Positions 9,679-19,098 of a stretch of 64,000 nucleotides of DNA are shown here, piece after piece; the first letter of the stretch is position 1, and the number at the start of each line of letters is the position of its first letter. The stretch is taken from positions 11,797 to 75,796 of the IMG/VR virus record IMGVR_UViG_3300036818_000089, one strand, 5' to 3'. The notes under the pieces are model-generated. The model did not search any database. It was not told the origin of the DNA and saw nothing but the letters and a program-made list of their open reading frames with translations. The DNA comes from a virus. The position numbers and the translations under genes were made by a program.

Positions 9679-9831
9679 CGTTTGGGGGGAGTCGTCTACC
9701 CAACGGAGGTAACAGCTGCAGTCGCCTTGACGACGAACCACAGAGGACAGACCGTGAACCGGTAGCGCGAGCTGTGACCAGCGGCGACGCGTCCTCGAAC
9801 GACCACAACTCAACATCGAGAGGAGTCGGTC

Positions 9832-10911
9832 ATGTGTAGTGACATGCCGACACCCCGCGTAGCTGCCCGCCAACAGTTGCGCATCGTGGGGTCACCCCAC
9901 CGGGCAGCCGCGAGGCCACCCGCAGGGCCGTTCGACCGCGGCGCGTGCGGCGCCACCCGCCATGGGGACTATCTGGCGTACTCGAACCATGGATGTTTGT
10001 GTCCGGATGCGCGGTGGGACATGCGCTGCTACCGGGCGGCGTGCGCTGGGCGTGGGCTGGGTGTGGTGGTCGACGGGGTAGGCGCCGAGCGTCGGTTGCG
10101 GGGGCTTGCCCGGCAGTGGTGGGCTACCACGGACCTGTCCGCGCGGGCTCGGCTGCGTCCGCAGACGTTGTGGATGATCCGTGCTGGTGGTCGGCTGCGG
10201 GTGAAGGCCAGCACGCACCGGCAGATCGCGGACACGGCTGTTCATTTGGCGTGTGAGTCGGGCCGTTCGGGGCCTGCGTGGCGCAGCGCGCGGGATCATG
10301 CCTGGTTCCCGCAGGACGCGTGGGGTGCGTGGATCGATGATCCGTGTGCGCGACCGTATGGGGGGCATCGGCGCCGGTTGGAGGCGTTGGCGCGGTCTGG
10401 GTGGCCGTTGTGGGCGATTCATGCGGCTCACCCGGCGGTGTCGGTTGAGGATCTTGTGGAGATTTGGTTTGGGCGGCCGGCGTCGGTGGGTGCTGGTGTT
10501 GGTGTTGTGTGCGCGTATGAGGCGTTGTCGATGTCGCCGGGCCCGTCGGTTGAGTGTCGGGATTGGGCGATTTTCCGTCGTTTTGCTCCCGCTTTGGCGT
10601 GGGATGACGACGACATCGACAACCCATTCGCCGTCGCATCTGTCGACGGGCCGGCGCTGGAAGATGAGGGCTGGGTGGATCCGATCATGGTGGAGCGGCT
10701 GCGGCTCGGGGTGAGTCATTTGGGTCCGTGGACGATTCCGCAGCGCCAGTGGCTTGTCGCGGACTTGACGGACCGGGGCCGGTCAGCTGCGGAGATCGTC
10801 AAGTTGTTGGGGGTGTCCGTTCGAACTGTGGAACGTGACCGCGCCGTTATTCAGTCGGGCCATTTGAGACAGGGGTGCCCGGCCCTGGGATCAGCGGTAA
10901 TGGCTAGTTGA
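9832..10911 (+). CDS. Phage DNA-binding protein with an internally duplicated domain and C-terminal HTH
   Basis: GAGGAG RBS; two RRL.xLA..W...W..IDD/NP units; GRSAAEIVKLLGVSVRTVERDR HTH. Confidence 0.6.
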   Translation: MCSDMPTPRVAARQQLRIVGSPHRAAARPPAGPFDRGACGATRHGDYLAYSNHGCLCPDARWDMRCYRAACAGRGLGVVVDGVGAERRLRGLARQWWATTDLSARARLRPQTLWMIRAGGRLRVKASTHRQIADTAVHLACESGRSGPAWRSARDHAWFPQDAWGAWIDDPCARPYGGHRRRLEALARSGWPLWAIHAAHPAVSVEDLVEIWFGRPASVGAGVGVVCAYEALSMSPGPSVECRDWAIFRRFAPALAWDDDDIDNPFAVASVDGPALEDEGWVDPIMVERLRLGVSHLGPWTIPQRQWLVADLTDRGRSAAEIVKLLGVSVRTVERDRAVIQSGHLRQGCPALGSAVMAS

Positions 10912-11025
10912 CATTTTGGTGACACCAAAGTTCCCATTTTTAGGACACGGGCGTTTTGGTGTAGATGCGTGCGTCCCGACCATCAACCAGCACGTTCCGT
11001 AGTACGGTCGCGGACGCGCCAACCT

Positions 11026-11049
11026 CACGGTGACCACGTGGTCACCGTG
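11026..11049. repeat. Perfect 24-bp palindrome
   Basis: CACGGTGACCACGTGGTCACCGTG in a long intergenic region. Confidence 0.85.
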
Positions 11050-11555
11050 TCGCCAAGGACGGCCGCAAGTCAGTTGGTGACGCACAGTCGAAATCCGTAG
11101 GGGCAGATCGACTGGCCGCGAACACCGACACCCCGATCCGCCGCCCCCCGGCGGATCACCGGGGCGCCGGCCGGGGGGTGGTAGTGCACCCTCCGGCCGG
11201 CTGCACCCCTCCCTCAACCGCCAAGCTGTGACAAGGGTGCGCCCGCCATAGTTGCGCATCCGGCAGCGGATTACACGACCAACCTGGGTGTTGTGACCGG
11301 AACAGTGGCGGCTGGCCACCTCCGGCGACACCCATCCGGCCTATCCGATGGACTAAATGGCCGCTTTGGGTGCTCTTGTCTACCTGCCTGCACCATCAGG
11401 GGCACCGAGCAACGGCACGCAGCACCCGTCCAGACGACTCGAAACCGCCCGACCCGTAGCACACAGTCACACCCACACCGCATACGCGGCCCATCACCCA
11501 CGCCACCACACAAAACATCTATACCCACCCAGGGTACCCGTGGCACCCTTAGCAC

Positions 11556-11831
11556 ATGCTGGAGTGGCGAGCAACCCCCGCCCCGGGCACAGGCAAAGTC
11601 CTCCGCTGGACACCAGCCGGCCCGGAGCTCGTCGGCACATCCCCCCTCCGAGTCGCCTGCCCCGTCGAATCCTGCCGGGCCGCCATCGGCGAACACTGCC
11701 GCCGGCCAGTCCCACGCCGTGGCCGCATCCGCTGCACCACCCACCAGCCGCGCATCGACGACGCAGCGGCGCTGACCGACGACCCCGTGCACCAGCCCGG
11801 CAGACCAGCGCCGCAGCGAATCTCGGCCTAA
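11556..11831 (+). CDS. Small zinc-finger-like phage protein
   Basis: CPVESCRAAIGEHC...HQPR motif. Confidence 0.5.
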   Translation: MLEWRATPAPGTGKVLRWTPAGPELVGTSPLRVACPVESCRAAIGEHCRRPVPRRGRIRCTTHQPRIDDAAALTDDPVHQPGRPAPQRISA

Positions 11832-11962
11832 CCCACCCGGCCGCGCCTCGTTGACCAGCCCCACCTGTGGTGCCAAAATCTTGGCTACCACAGACAGAAC
11901 GGGGCCATTGCTATGCCCAAATACGGTGCGCCCGTACGCGCCCGAACCCGCCAGACGATCGC

Positions 11963-12325
11963 ATGACCGGGCCCGCACGCAGCGCACCCGGCCCACACGA
12001 CACCGCGATCCTCAACCTCATCGCCGGCAAACAATCCCTCGCCGCCATCTACCAGGCCGGCGGCGGCCGGTGGAACAGCCTCGACGTCGCCGACGTCCTA
12101 CACCGCTACCAGCTCACCATCAACCAGGGCGGCTCGATCGTCCGCGCCGACGTGCCCGCCGACCGGGTCCTGTCCGCTGGGCTGCGATCGACCAACCAGA
12201 AGATCCGCAGCACAGCGCTGCGGGCCGAGCAGATGCTCATCGCACTGTCCCGCGAGCTGGGTGCTGAGTCCGCGCGCGCCCAGTTGCGGGTGCTGCGGGA
12301 AGGCAACGCCGGGGGTGGCCGGTGA
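11963..12325 (+). CDS. Hypothetical phage protein
   Basis: Good codon usage; GTGA coupling with the next gene. Confidence 0.5.
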   Translation: MTGPARSAPGPHDTAILNLIAGKQSLAAIYQAGGGRWNSLDVADVLHRYQLTINQGGSIVRADVPADRVLSAGLRSTNQKIRSTALRAEQMLIALSRELGAESARAQLRVLREGNAGGGR

Positions 12326-12864
12326 GGCGCTCCGGGCCGCTCCCCCGCCGCACCGAACTCAAGCGGACGACCGAACTGCCGCGCGGTGTCGACCTGGTGC
12401 GGGTCACACCGCTGCGCCAGCGCGCTGTGCCGGCCACGCCCCACGCGAAACTCGCCGCGTCCGCCGAACGGGCCGCCGAGAAACTGGCCCGCGAGATCGT
12501 GGGTGAGCGGTCCGGGGGCTGGTGCGAGATCCGCATCCCCGGCGAATGCCTGGGCCGCATGTCGAACTGGTGCCACCGGATCGCCGAAGGCCAGGGCGGC
12601 CGGTGGCTCGCCTCCAACGGCGTCGGCGGGTGCGGCTCAGGCACCACCGGCTGCCACGGCTGGACCCACCGCAACCCGGCGCTGGCCGAGGCGCACGGCT
12701 GGATCGTCGCCCCGACCTACCAGGTCGTCGATGGCCTGCGTGTCCGGCTGGACGCTGACGCGTTCCCCGCCTACCTGTGGCGGCCCGGATCCTCGGCGCC
12801 GGACTGGATGTGGCTGGACAACCACGGCGGCGCGGTGACCGTGGACCAGGTCGACGCGGTTTGA
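12322..12864 (+). CDS. HNH-like endonuclease
   Basis: CEIRIPGEC..HR....GG....N...CGSGTTGCHGWTH pattern. Confidence 0.7.
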   Translation: MRRSGPLPRRTELKRTTELPRGVDLVRVTPLRQRAVPATPHAKLAASAERAAEKLAREIVGERSGGWCEIRIPGECLGRMSNWCHRIAEGQGGRWLASNGVGGCGSGTTGCHGWTHRNPALAEAHGWIVAPTYQVVDGLRVRLDADAFPAYLWRPGSSAPDWMWLDNHGGAVTVDQVDAV

Positions 12865-12978
12865 ACTGGTGGAGATCGTCCAGCGGGACGGTGACCTGTG
12901 GCTCGTCTGACCCGGGGCGCCGCGACTGGCGGACCCCTTCGGAGGATCAGATGGTGCAGAACTGGACGGAGAAGCAGC

Positions 12979-13170
12979 GTGGGTGACTTCGTGACGACGA
13001 TCGGCGTGATCCACGAACCAGGCACACCGGCAGAGCAGCGGGACGCCATCATCCGTGTCGCGCGCCGGTTCCCGCTCACCAGTCAACGGGCGGAACGGCG
13101 TCACGTGCTGGAAGTGCTGGGTCTGCTGGATCGGATCCCGGACCTGTTCGACGTCCAGAACATCGAGTAG
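12979..13170 (+). CDS. Small hypothetical protein
   Basis: GGAGA RBS before GTG; followed by a terminator. Confidence 0.4.
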   Translation: MGDFVTTIGVIHEPGTPAEQRDAIIRVARRFPLTSQRAERRHVLEVLGLLDRIPDLFDVQNIE

Positions 13171-13188
13171 CCGCACCGGCCCGCTCGT

Positions 13189-13230
13189 CAGCGGAGAGCC
13201 CCCGAGATTGGGGTGCTCTCCGCTGTTCTG
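13189..13230 (+). terminator. Intrinsic terminator hairpin
   Basis: CAGCGGAGAGC...GCTCTCCGCTG followed by TTCTG. Confidence 0.65.
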
Positions 13231-13298
13231 TGTGCCGACATGCCGGACGGCGGTCGCCGGGTGGGAACGTTTAACGTTTGTGCGATAGCGTTCCCGCC

Positions 13299-13541
13299 AT
13301 GCCGCGACAAGCCCCCTCACCTGCGTGTGTGTCGCACTCTGACCGCCGTGATCGGCTGCTCGGCTTCCGGGTGTCCGCGCAATGGCTGGCCCGCTGGCAC
13401 CGCGAACTGGCCCGGATCAAAGCCGACACGGGTATCCATCCGCGCGCCCTGTCGCTGATCGTGCTCGACGTGCTGCGTGACTCGGTGCCAGCGATCCGGG
13501 CCCGCGCGATCAGCGAGTCCGATGTGTCCTCGCCACCCTGA
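13299..13541 (+). CDS. Putative RHH-like DNA-binding protein, paralogue of the ParB-like protein
   Basis: Aligns gap-free to 14466..14876 (8 identities in 42 aa); TAGCGT -10-like box 7 nt before ATG suggests a leaderless mRNA. Confidence 0.5.
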   Translation: MPRQAPSPACVSHSDRRDRLLGFRVSAQWLARWHRELARIKADTGIHPRALSLIVLDVLRDSVPAIRARAISESDVSSPP

Positions 13542-13549
13542 CATTTGCT

Positions 13550-13608
13550 GTGCACTTGTGCACAAGTGCACCTGTTGTGTCCGCCCGTGTACTTGTGCAC
13601 AAGTACAC
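13550..13608. promoter_or_regulatory. Two 22-bp perfect palindromes, putative parS centromere/operator
   Basis: GTGCACTTGTGCACAAGTGCAC (13550..13571) and GTGTACTTGTGCACAAGTACAC (13587..13608) directly upstream of parA. Confidence 0.7.
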
Positions 13609-13629
13609 ATAGATGGGAGACCACCGCCC

Positions 13630-14469
13630 ATGGCACGCAGATACGCGTTCTGCAACAACAAGGGCGGTGTCGGGAAATCCACCGAGGTCACCGACACCGC
13701 CGCCGCGCTCGCCATGCGAGACCGCAACGTCCTCGTCGTCGACTTCGACCCACAAGCCGACGCCAGCCGCCGCATGGGATTCGAGGTCAACACTGACGAG
13801 GACTGCGACACCATCGCCGACGTCATCCGCGAAGTGCACTCCAGTCGCGGCGGCGCCGTGAAAGAAGGTCTAGCGGCGAAGGTCATCCAGCAATGCCGCT
13901 GGCAGTTGCCCTACGCGCCGCGGATCCACTTCATTCCCTCCCGGTTCGACCTGGAAGACAGCGCCGCCGACACCAGCAGCGCGAATTCGTTCTTCCGGCT
14001 CGCCGACGCGCTCAAGGGCGTCGACGACCAGTACGACTACTGCCTGATCGACCTGCCGCCGTCGCTCGGCCCGCTCGCGCAGATGGGTTGGGCAGCGTGC
14101 GGAGACCGCCAGGACGGGTTGATCGTCGTCACCCAGCCCACGTTCCCCGCGATCCGCGGTGCACGCCGCACCGTCGAACGGGTCTACGCCCGACGTTCCC
14201 GGCTGGACGTGCCCGACCTCGACGTCGTCGGCGCGGTCATCAACATGACCCGAAACACCCGCCACCACGCCCAACGCATCGCCGAGATCCGCAGCCTGTT
14301 CGGTGATCGGGTGTGGGTCGAGCAGCCGATGCGCACCGCGTTCTCCGAGCAGGACGACAAGAGCCTGCCCATCACCGCATTGCCGCCTGGCTACCCGGAC
14401 CGGGAGGCCCTGTCTCGGATACCGGCGATCGTCGCCGACAAACTGATCGAGCGTGGAGAGGCAGCATGA
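13630..14469 (+). CDS. parA: ParA-family partition ATPase
   Basis: NNKGGVGKST deviant Walker A, VDFDPQ and IDLPPSLG; no N-terminal HTH (type Ib-like). Confidence 0.92.
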   Translation: MARRYAFCNNKGGVGKSTEVTDTAAALAMRDRNVLVVDFDPQADASRRMGFEVNTDEDCDTIADVIREVHSSRGGAVKEGLAAKVIQQCRWQLPYAPRIHFIPSRFDLEDSAADTSSANSFFRLADALKGVDDQYDYCLIDLPPSLGPLAQMGWAACGDRQDGLIVVTQPTFPAIRGARRTVERVYARRSRLDVPDLDVVGAVINMTRNTRHHAQRIAEIRSLFGDRVWVEQPMRTAFSEQDDKSLPITALPPGYPDREALSRIPAIVADKLIERGEAA

Positions 14470-14876
14470 CCAGCGAGGGAATCACCCCAGAGATCCGGCC
14501 ACTGCCCGAACCGCCGTCCAGCACGGCGCCCCCGAGCCGCCCGAGCCGTAGTCAGCGCATGGCCGGCGAGTCACGGGACCAGCCAGCGGCGCCCCCAGTC
14601 CGCGGCGCGCTGGTGCCTCCCGAACTGGACCTGGTCGACCCGGACGCAGGCAACGCCACGGACACGGTGACGCTGCGGATGCGCAAGCAGCACTGCGACT
14701 ACCTGGGTGGTCTACGTGAGGCCATCTCGATCCGATATGGGGTGTCGAAACGGGTCATCGACGAAGCGGTGGTGGTGCTGCTGCGTCAGCACAGAGGTGA
14801 CCTGATCGAACTGGTGTCGCCGATGTCGAAGCCAGACAAGGTGGTCGACGTGGACCGGTTCCTCGGCGACCAGTAG
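14466..14876 (+). CDS. Putative type Ib ParB-like centromere-binding protein
   Basis: ATGA-coupled to parA; Pro-rich disordered N-terminus plus short beta-helix-helix C-terminus. Confidence 0.6.
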   Translation: MTSEGITPEIRPLPEPPSSTAPPSRPSRSQRMAGESRDQPAAPPVRGALVPPELDLVDPDAGNATDTVTLRMRKQHCDYLGGLREAISIRYGVSKRVIDEAVVVLLRQHRGDLIELVSPMSKPDKVVDVDRFLGDQ

Positions 14877-14885
14877 GCGTCGACG

Positions 14886-14904
14886 CGATTTACGCCGTAA
14901 ATCG
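14886..14904. repeat. 19-bp palindrome between convergent genes
   Basis: CGATTTACG-C-CGTAAATCG. Confidence 0.6.
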
Positions 14905-14912
14905 GTGGGGGG

Positions 14913-15506
14913 TCAGGTGCAGAGGTAGGCGTGCATCGCGTGGACCACCTTCGGCGCCAGACCGGAACGGACCTGCGTTGAGTTGCGTGTCTCCCTGGCC
15001 TGTAGCAACGCGAGGGCGACGTACGCGCGTTCGATAAGGGTCAGATCGCGGATCCGCAGGCGGCCAGCGAGTCGGGCCCGCACTCGCTGGGCCATCCACG
15101 GGTCCGGTCGGCGGTGACACAGCACGTGCTGGACAGCGATCGACGTCGCCGGATCCATCACCGGGTTCGCCCACGGGTCGTCGATCGGCAGGTCCGTCCA
15201 GGCTGCCGCTGTCACCCACCGGTGGCGGATCACCCGCGCCTCGTCCGCGGGCGACAAGGGAAGCGAATGGCCGCACAGACCTAGGAACAGTTCCTCAACC
15301 ACGCGGGCGGCTGCGACGGTGACCGGGCGACCGCAATGCAGCATCCGGTCGAGGTGGAACTGCGGGACCCCTGCCGCATAGAGCGCCTGCAGTCGGCGCG
15401 CCGAACCGAGCGACGGGACCGCCCGGTTGGCGCATTGGAAGTGGCGGCGGCGCTGGTCGAGGATGGCTGCCATCGCGCTACCTACCCGTTCCGTCCACGA
15501 ACCCAC
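14913..15506 (-). CDS. Hypothetical protein paralogous to 9832..10911 (start uncertain)
   Basis: GSARRLQALYAAG...AAAWTDLPIDDPWANP resembles the units in 9832..10911. Confidence 0.55.
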   Translation of the reverse strand: MGSWTERVGSAMAAILDQRRRHFQCANRAVPSLGSARRLQALYAAGVPQFHLDRMLHCGRPVTVAAARVVEELFLGLCGHSLPLSPADEARVIRHRWVTAAAWTDLPIDDPWANPVMDPATSIAVQHVLCHRRPDPWMAQRVRARLAGRLRIRDLTLIERAYVALALLQARETRNSTQVRSGLAPKVVHAMHAYLCT

Positions 15507-15534
15507 TGGTCATCGAACAGATCATCGACCTCCA

Positions 15535-15807
15535 TCACACACCGATCATGGGACTCATGTGACTGATACCAGTGATGACGACCATGACCACGACGACGAG
15601 GCCCACGACGACAAGTACCACCGGGAACCGGTTGCGGGGGCCGTGGTCAGCTCTGCTGGACCACTGGTCGTCGTCCAGGATGTCCGGGTCCGGGTAGGCG
15701 ATCGTGTCGTCGTCGTCCGGGTGGTCGGCTGCTTCTCCGATCCGGTTCCGTGGCACCGCTGGGGTGCCCCACTCCTCATCACCCGACCGTCTGCTACGCA
15801 ATCCCAT
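15535..15807 (-). CDS. Small membrane protein downstream of traB
   Basis: Acidic N-terminus and one C-terminal Val-rich helix. Confidence 0.55.
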   Translation of the reverse strand: MGLRSRRSGDEEWGTPAVPRNRIGEAADHPDDDDTIAYPDPDILDDDQWSSRADHGPRNRFPVVLVVVGLVVVVMVVITGISHMSPMIGV

Positions 15808-18319
15808 CCGTAAGCCCTCTTTCGGTGTTGTTTTGTTGCACGCGGGAAGAACCCTCCCCGTTTAGTCCTCGCCTGGCGTTGTGCTCATCGGTCCCATCCA
15901 TGTCAGACAGTGCGACGTACCGCTGGCCCGCCTCGCCGTCGACGCGGCCCGCCCGGATCTCGACCTGCCCATCCCGCAGCGCCTGTGCCAGTTGCTGCGC
16001 CGACCAGCCGCCGTACACGCTCGGCCACTGGGTGCGCAGCCGAGTCAGCACGTCACTGGACTTGACCTTCGGCCGGCCGCCCATCACCGTGATCACGTCC
16101 TCACGGAATCCGTCCGATGAGTTGCCGCCATGGCCGCCGTACAGTTCCACCGCGCGGCGGGTGACCCGATGCAGGTCCTCGACCGACAGGTAGAAGAACC
16201 GCAGTAGCTCGGGGGTGGCGGTGAACCCTCGCGTCATCGCCGTCCCGACGTCACCCAGGCTCAGGTCGGTTTTCGGACGCAACCCGACGGCAGTCACCCC
16301 GGCGCGGTGGGATCCGGTGCCCAGGGTGGCGTCGTTGCTGGTGTGGTCACCGGTCGAGAAGCACGCCTTGTTCGAGGCGACGGACACCAGTTGCCGCGGG
16401 AGACCGCCGTTGGTCGGCTCCGGCGTGGCCATGATGATGGTGTCGCCGTACTTACGGGCCGCGCTCATTAGCAGCACGATCCGTTCCTCGGCCAACTTGC
16501 CGTACTTGGCGTGCAGGAACAGCGCCTGGCACTCGTCGATCACCAGGACCTGCGGGCGCAGCCTGCTGTCGACCTCGGCGATCTCGCGGGTCGCGGCCCG
16601 TTCACCGCCGTGTTCCTTCAGCGCACGGCCGCGCTCTTCGAGATTGTCGTACATGGTCTGGATTCGGTCCATGCACGCACGGACGGTGTCCTCGCCGATC
16701 CCGGTTTTCAGGGTGGCCAGGCGGGGTTCTGCGGGGTCGTAATCGGCGTTGGTGGCCATGACGAAGACGTGGATGTCGACTAGCGGGTCGAGCATCGCGC
16801 CCGCGAGCAGGGCGAGGATCAGCGTCGATTTGCCACCGCCCATGATCCCGCTGAGCACGTAGTTGGCCTCGAACAGGCGAGCGTTGATCACGTTCGCGCG
16901 GATGCCGATACCGACCGGGACACCCCGGAAATAATCGGTGACGACAGTGTTGAGGTTAGCCAATAGCGGATAGGGGGGGACGGGACGGTTGAGACTGCCG
17001 CGGTCGGCGATCCACAGGTCCAGGACACTGGCCTTGTCGTCGGGTTCGGTAGCCCACACCTCCTGCTGCTTGCGTTCCAGGTTGTGGGCCAGCACGACCC
17101 GCTTGCCGACGATCATTTCGACGGGCACACCGCGTGGTAGGCGGATCTGGCAACGCCATCCGTCGCCGTCGCGGGTCGGGCGCATCGGCCACAGGCCACG
17201 GCGGGCGTATTCCTGGTCGCCCGGGTCGAGGTCCTCGGCTGGCCAGCCCTCCCGGTCCTCCCGGCCCTCCCGGGCGGCGGCGAGTTTGGGGATTCCCAGT
17301 TCCTGCAGGGAACCGATGATGGCCGCCTCGTCCGGGTCGAGGCCGGGGCGTGGCAGCAGACGGCGTCGGGGCTGCCGGGGCGCGGGAACAATCGCGGGGT
17401 CGGCCGGGGTATACGTGTCGTCGTGGTCGACACCCTCGGCGTCGACCACGGTGGCCGTGTCGTGGGGGTCCTGGTCCTCGTAGCCGGTGTCGGTGTAGTA
17501 GGTCAGGCCCTCCTCGTTGGGGCCGGTGATCGCGGGCGGCGAGGTGGTCCAGCGGCGGGTGGCGTCCGCCCTCGCCGCGGGGGCGTTGTCGTCGCTGTTC
17601 TCCTGGGCCTGCCACGCGGGGGTGGTGGCGCGGGCACGGCCCACAGCCCACAACACGATCCACACCGCCACCACGGCGACCAGCAGGAACGACGCCCACA
17701 CCAGCGTGACGATCCGCACCAGGTCGGCGATGAACGCGAACACCGCGGTGAAGGGGGCGAAGATCGCGGCGGCGTCGCGGGACATGACCGACAGGGCGAC
17801 CCCAACAACCAGCAGGACCCCGGCCACGCAGCCGATGCCCAGGCCGAACGCCTTGGTCCACGCCCACGGCATGGTGGACCACCACTCGACGCGGTGGCGG
17901 TGCCGCTGCTCCCGGGCATCTTTGGCGCGGGATTCCCACTCCAGCAGGGCTTTGTTGTCGCCGCACTGTTCGGCGCGGCGTTGCATCCGCTCGTAGCGGG
18001 CGCCGCTGCGGGAGTCCCACACGCGTTGTGCCAGCACCATGGCGCCAGCGATGGGGTAGCCGATCGCGTGGCGGGCGGCGGCACCGAGGATGGCGCGGGT
18101 GCGGTGGTGGGTGGCGACGGTGCGGGTGAGACGGCCCAGGGCGGCGGCGTCGGTGACGTAGCCGTCGAGGCGGGCGCCGCGCTGGCCACGCTGGGATTCC
18201 AGTTGCGTGTAGAGCGCGACCGCGGCGGGGTCGGGCGCCGCGTCGGGGCCGATGTGGGGCAGGTGGTGCACGCTGGCCAACTCGTCTGGCCGGCCGCAGT
18301 CGGGTGGGGTTGGCATCAC
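15794..18319 (-). CDS. traB: FtsK/SpoIIIE-like plasmid transfer DNA translocase (TraB-type)
   Basis: N-terminal TM helices, Walker A GIMGGGKS, Walker B LVIDECQ, and a C-terminal winged-helix-like domain (SSDVLTRL...WSAQQLAQAL), matching actinomycete TraB architecture. Confidence 0.85.
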   Translation of the reverse strand: MMPTPPDCGRPDELASVHHLPHIGPDAAPDPAAVALYTQLESQRGQRGARLDGYVTDAAALGRLTRTVATHHRTRAILGAAARHAIGYPIAGAMVLAQRVWDSRSGARYERMQRRAEQCGDNKALLEWESRAKDAREQRHRHRVEWWSTMPWAWTKAFGLGIGCVAGVLLVVGVALSVMSRDAAAIFAPFTAVFAFIADLVRIVTLVWASFLLVAVVAVWIVLWAVGRARATTPAWQAQENSDDNAPAARADATRRWTTSPPAITGPNEEGLTYYTDTGYEDQDPHDTATVVDAEGVDHDDTYTPADPAIVPAPRQPRRRLLPRPGLDPDEAAIIGSLQELGIPKLAAAREGREDREGWPAEDLDPGDQEYARRGLWPMRPTRDGDGWRCQIRLPRGVPVEMIVGKRVVLAHNLERKQQEVWATEPDDKASVLDLWIADRGSLNRPVPPYPLLANLNTVVTDYFRGVPVGIGIRANVINARLFEANYVLSGIMGGGKSTLILALLAGAMLDPLVDIHVFVMATNADYDPAEPRLATLKTGIGEDTVRACMDRIQTMYDNLEERGRALKEHGGERAATREIAEVDSRLRPQVLVIDECQALFLHAKYGKLAEERIVLLMSAARKYGDTIIMATPEPTNGGLPRQLVSVASNKACFSTGDHTSNDATLGTGSHRAGVTAVGLRPKTDLSLGDVGTAMTRGFTATPELLRFFYLSVEDLHRVTRRAVELYGGHGGNSSDGFREDVITVMGGRPKVKSSDVLTRLRTQWPSVYGGWSAQQLAQALRDGQVEIRAGRVDGEAGQRYVALSDMDGTDEHNARRGLNGEGSSRVQQNNTERGLTDGIA

Positions 18320-18379
18320 GGTGGTCCAATCACCTGCGAAGGGATCACCCCCTTCCCGGGGGTTCGGGTTGGGCTGGGC

Positions 18380-18410
18380 GCCGGGGGAGCCCCGCCGGGG
18401 CTCCCCCGGC
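18380..18410. terminator. 14-bp-stem hairpin upstream of traB (terminator or attenuator)
   Basis: GCCGGGGGAGCCCC-GCC-GGGGCTCCCCCGGC. Confidence 0.55.
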
Positions 18411-18414
18411 GGGG

Positions 18415-18582
18415 TCAGTCCTGCGCCGGGCCGGGCACGGCGGGGGCGCTGAACACGTGGAAGTGGATGCCCTGCGTCGGCAGGTACTGGCCGATGATGT
18501 ACGCGACCACGAACAGCACGCCAACCGCGACGATCAGGGACGGCATGGACATTTTCGTGCCCTTGGGCCTGGTTCCAGCCAT
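18415..18582 (-). CDS. 55-aa single-TM protein (Spd-like)
   Basis: MAGTRPKGTKMSMPSLIVAVGVLFVVAYIIGQY...; GAGG RBS; below the ORF-track cut-off. Confidence 0.6.
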   Translation of the reverse strand: MAGTRPKGTKMSMPSLIVAVGVLFVVAYIIGQYLPTQGIHFHVFSAPAVPGPAQD

Positions 18583-18639
18583 GGTGTTTACCTCGTTCTC
18601 TGTTGTCGTTGCTGGGGTTGCGCTGCGGGTATTGGGGGG

Positions 18640-18849
18640 TCAGATCCGCTGCGAGTGGACGGCGGCGGGGGCGGCCTCGATGTGGTAGGCGTGCTGCATG
18701 TTCACGCCGAACGCGATGGACATCATCACGACGAGTACCGCGCCAGCGGCCCAGAGGGTCACGGCCAGTGGCGTGTTCTTCGGGCGCTTCGTCGTCGACG
18801 ACCTAGTGGTGGACCGGGTGGGGACGCTGCTACCGGGCATGTTTTCCAT
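18640..18849 (-). CDS. Small single-TM protein (Spd-like)
   Basis: Basic N-terminus plus hydrophobic helix; inside the transfer operon. Confidence 0.6.
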   Translation of the reverse strand: MENMPGSSVPTRSTTRSSTTKRPKNTPLAVTLWAAGAVLVVMMSIAFGVNMQHAYHIEAAPAAVHSQRI

Positions 18850-18895
18850 GATTGGCTTCCTGCCTTTTCTCTGGACGGTTTCAGGGTTCCTGATT

Positions 18896-19078
18896 TCAGG
18901 AGGTCACTTTGAATTCTTGCTTGGCGTGGATGTAGCCGCCGTCGCCGTTGCTGAACTCCACGAAGACTCCGTTGTCATCTGTGAAGGCCTCGTCCACGGT
19001 GGCCGTTCGGCCGTTGCTGAACTTCACCTCGTCACCGGCGTGCAGTTCGCTGGCTTTCACCACGGCATATTTGGCCAT
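18896..19078 (-). CDS. 60-aa beta-rich hypothetical protein
   Basis: AAGGA RBS; MAKYAVVKASELHAGDEV... Confidence 0.6.
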   Translation of the reverse strand: MAKYAVVKASELHAGDEVKFSNGRTATVDEAFTDDNGVFVEFSNGDGGYIHAKQEFKVTS

Positions 19079-19098
19079 GTCGGTAATTCCTTTCGTTG

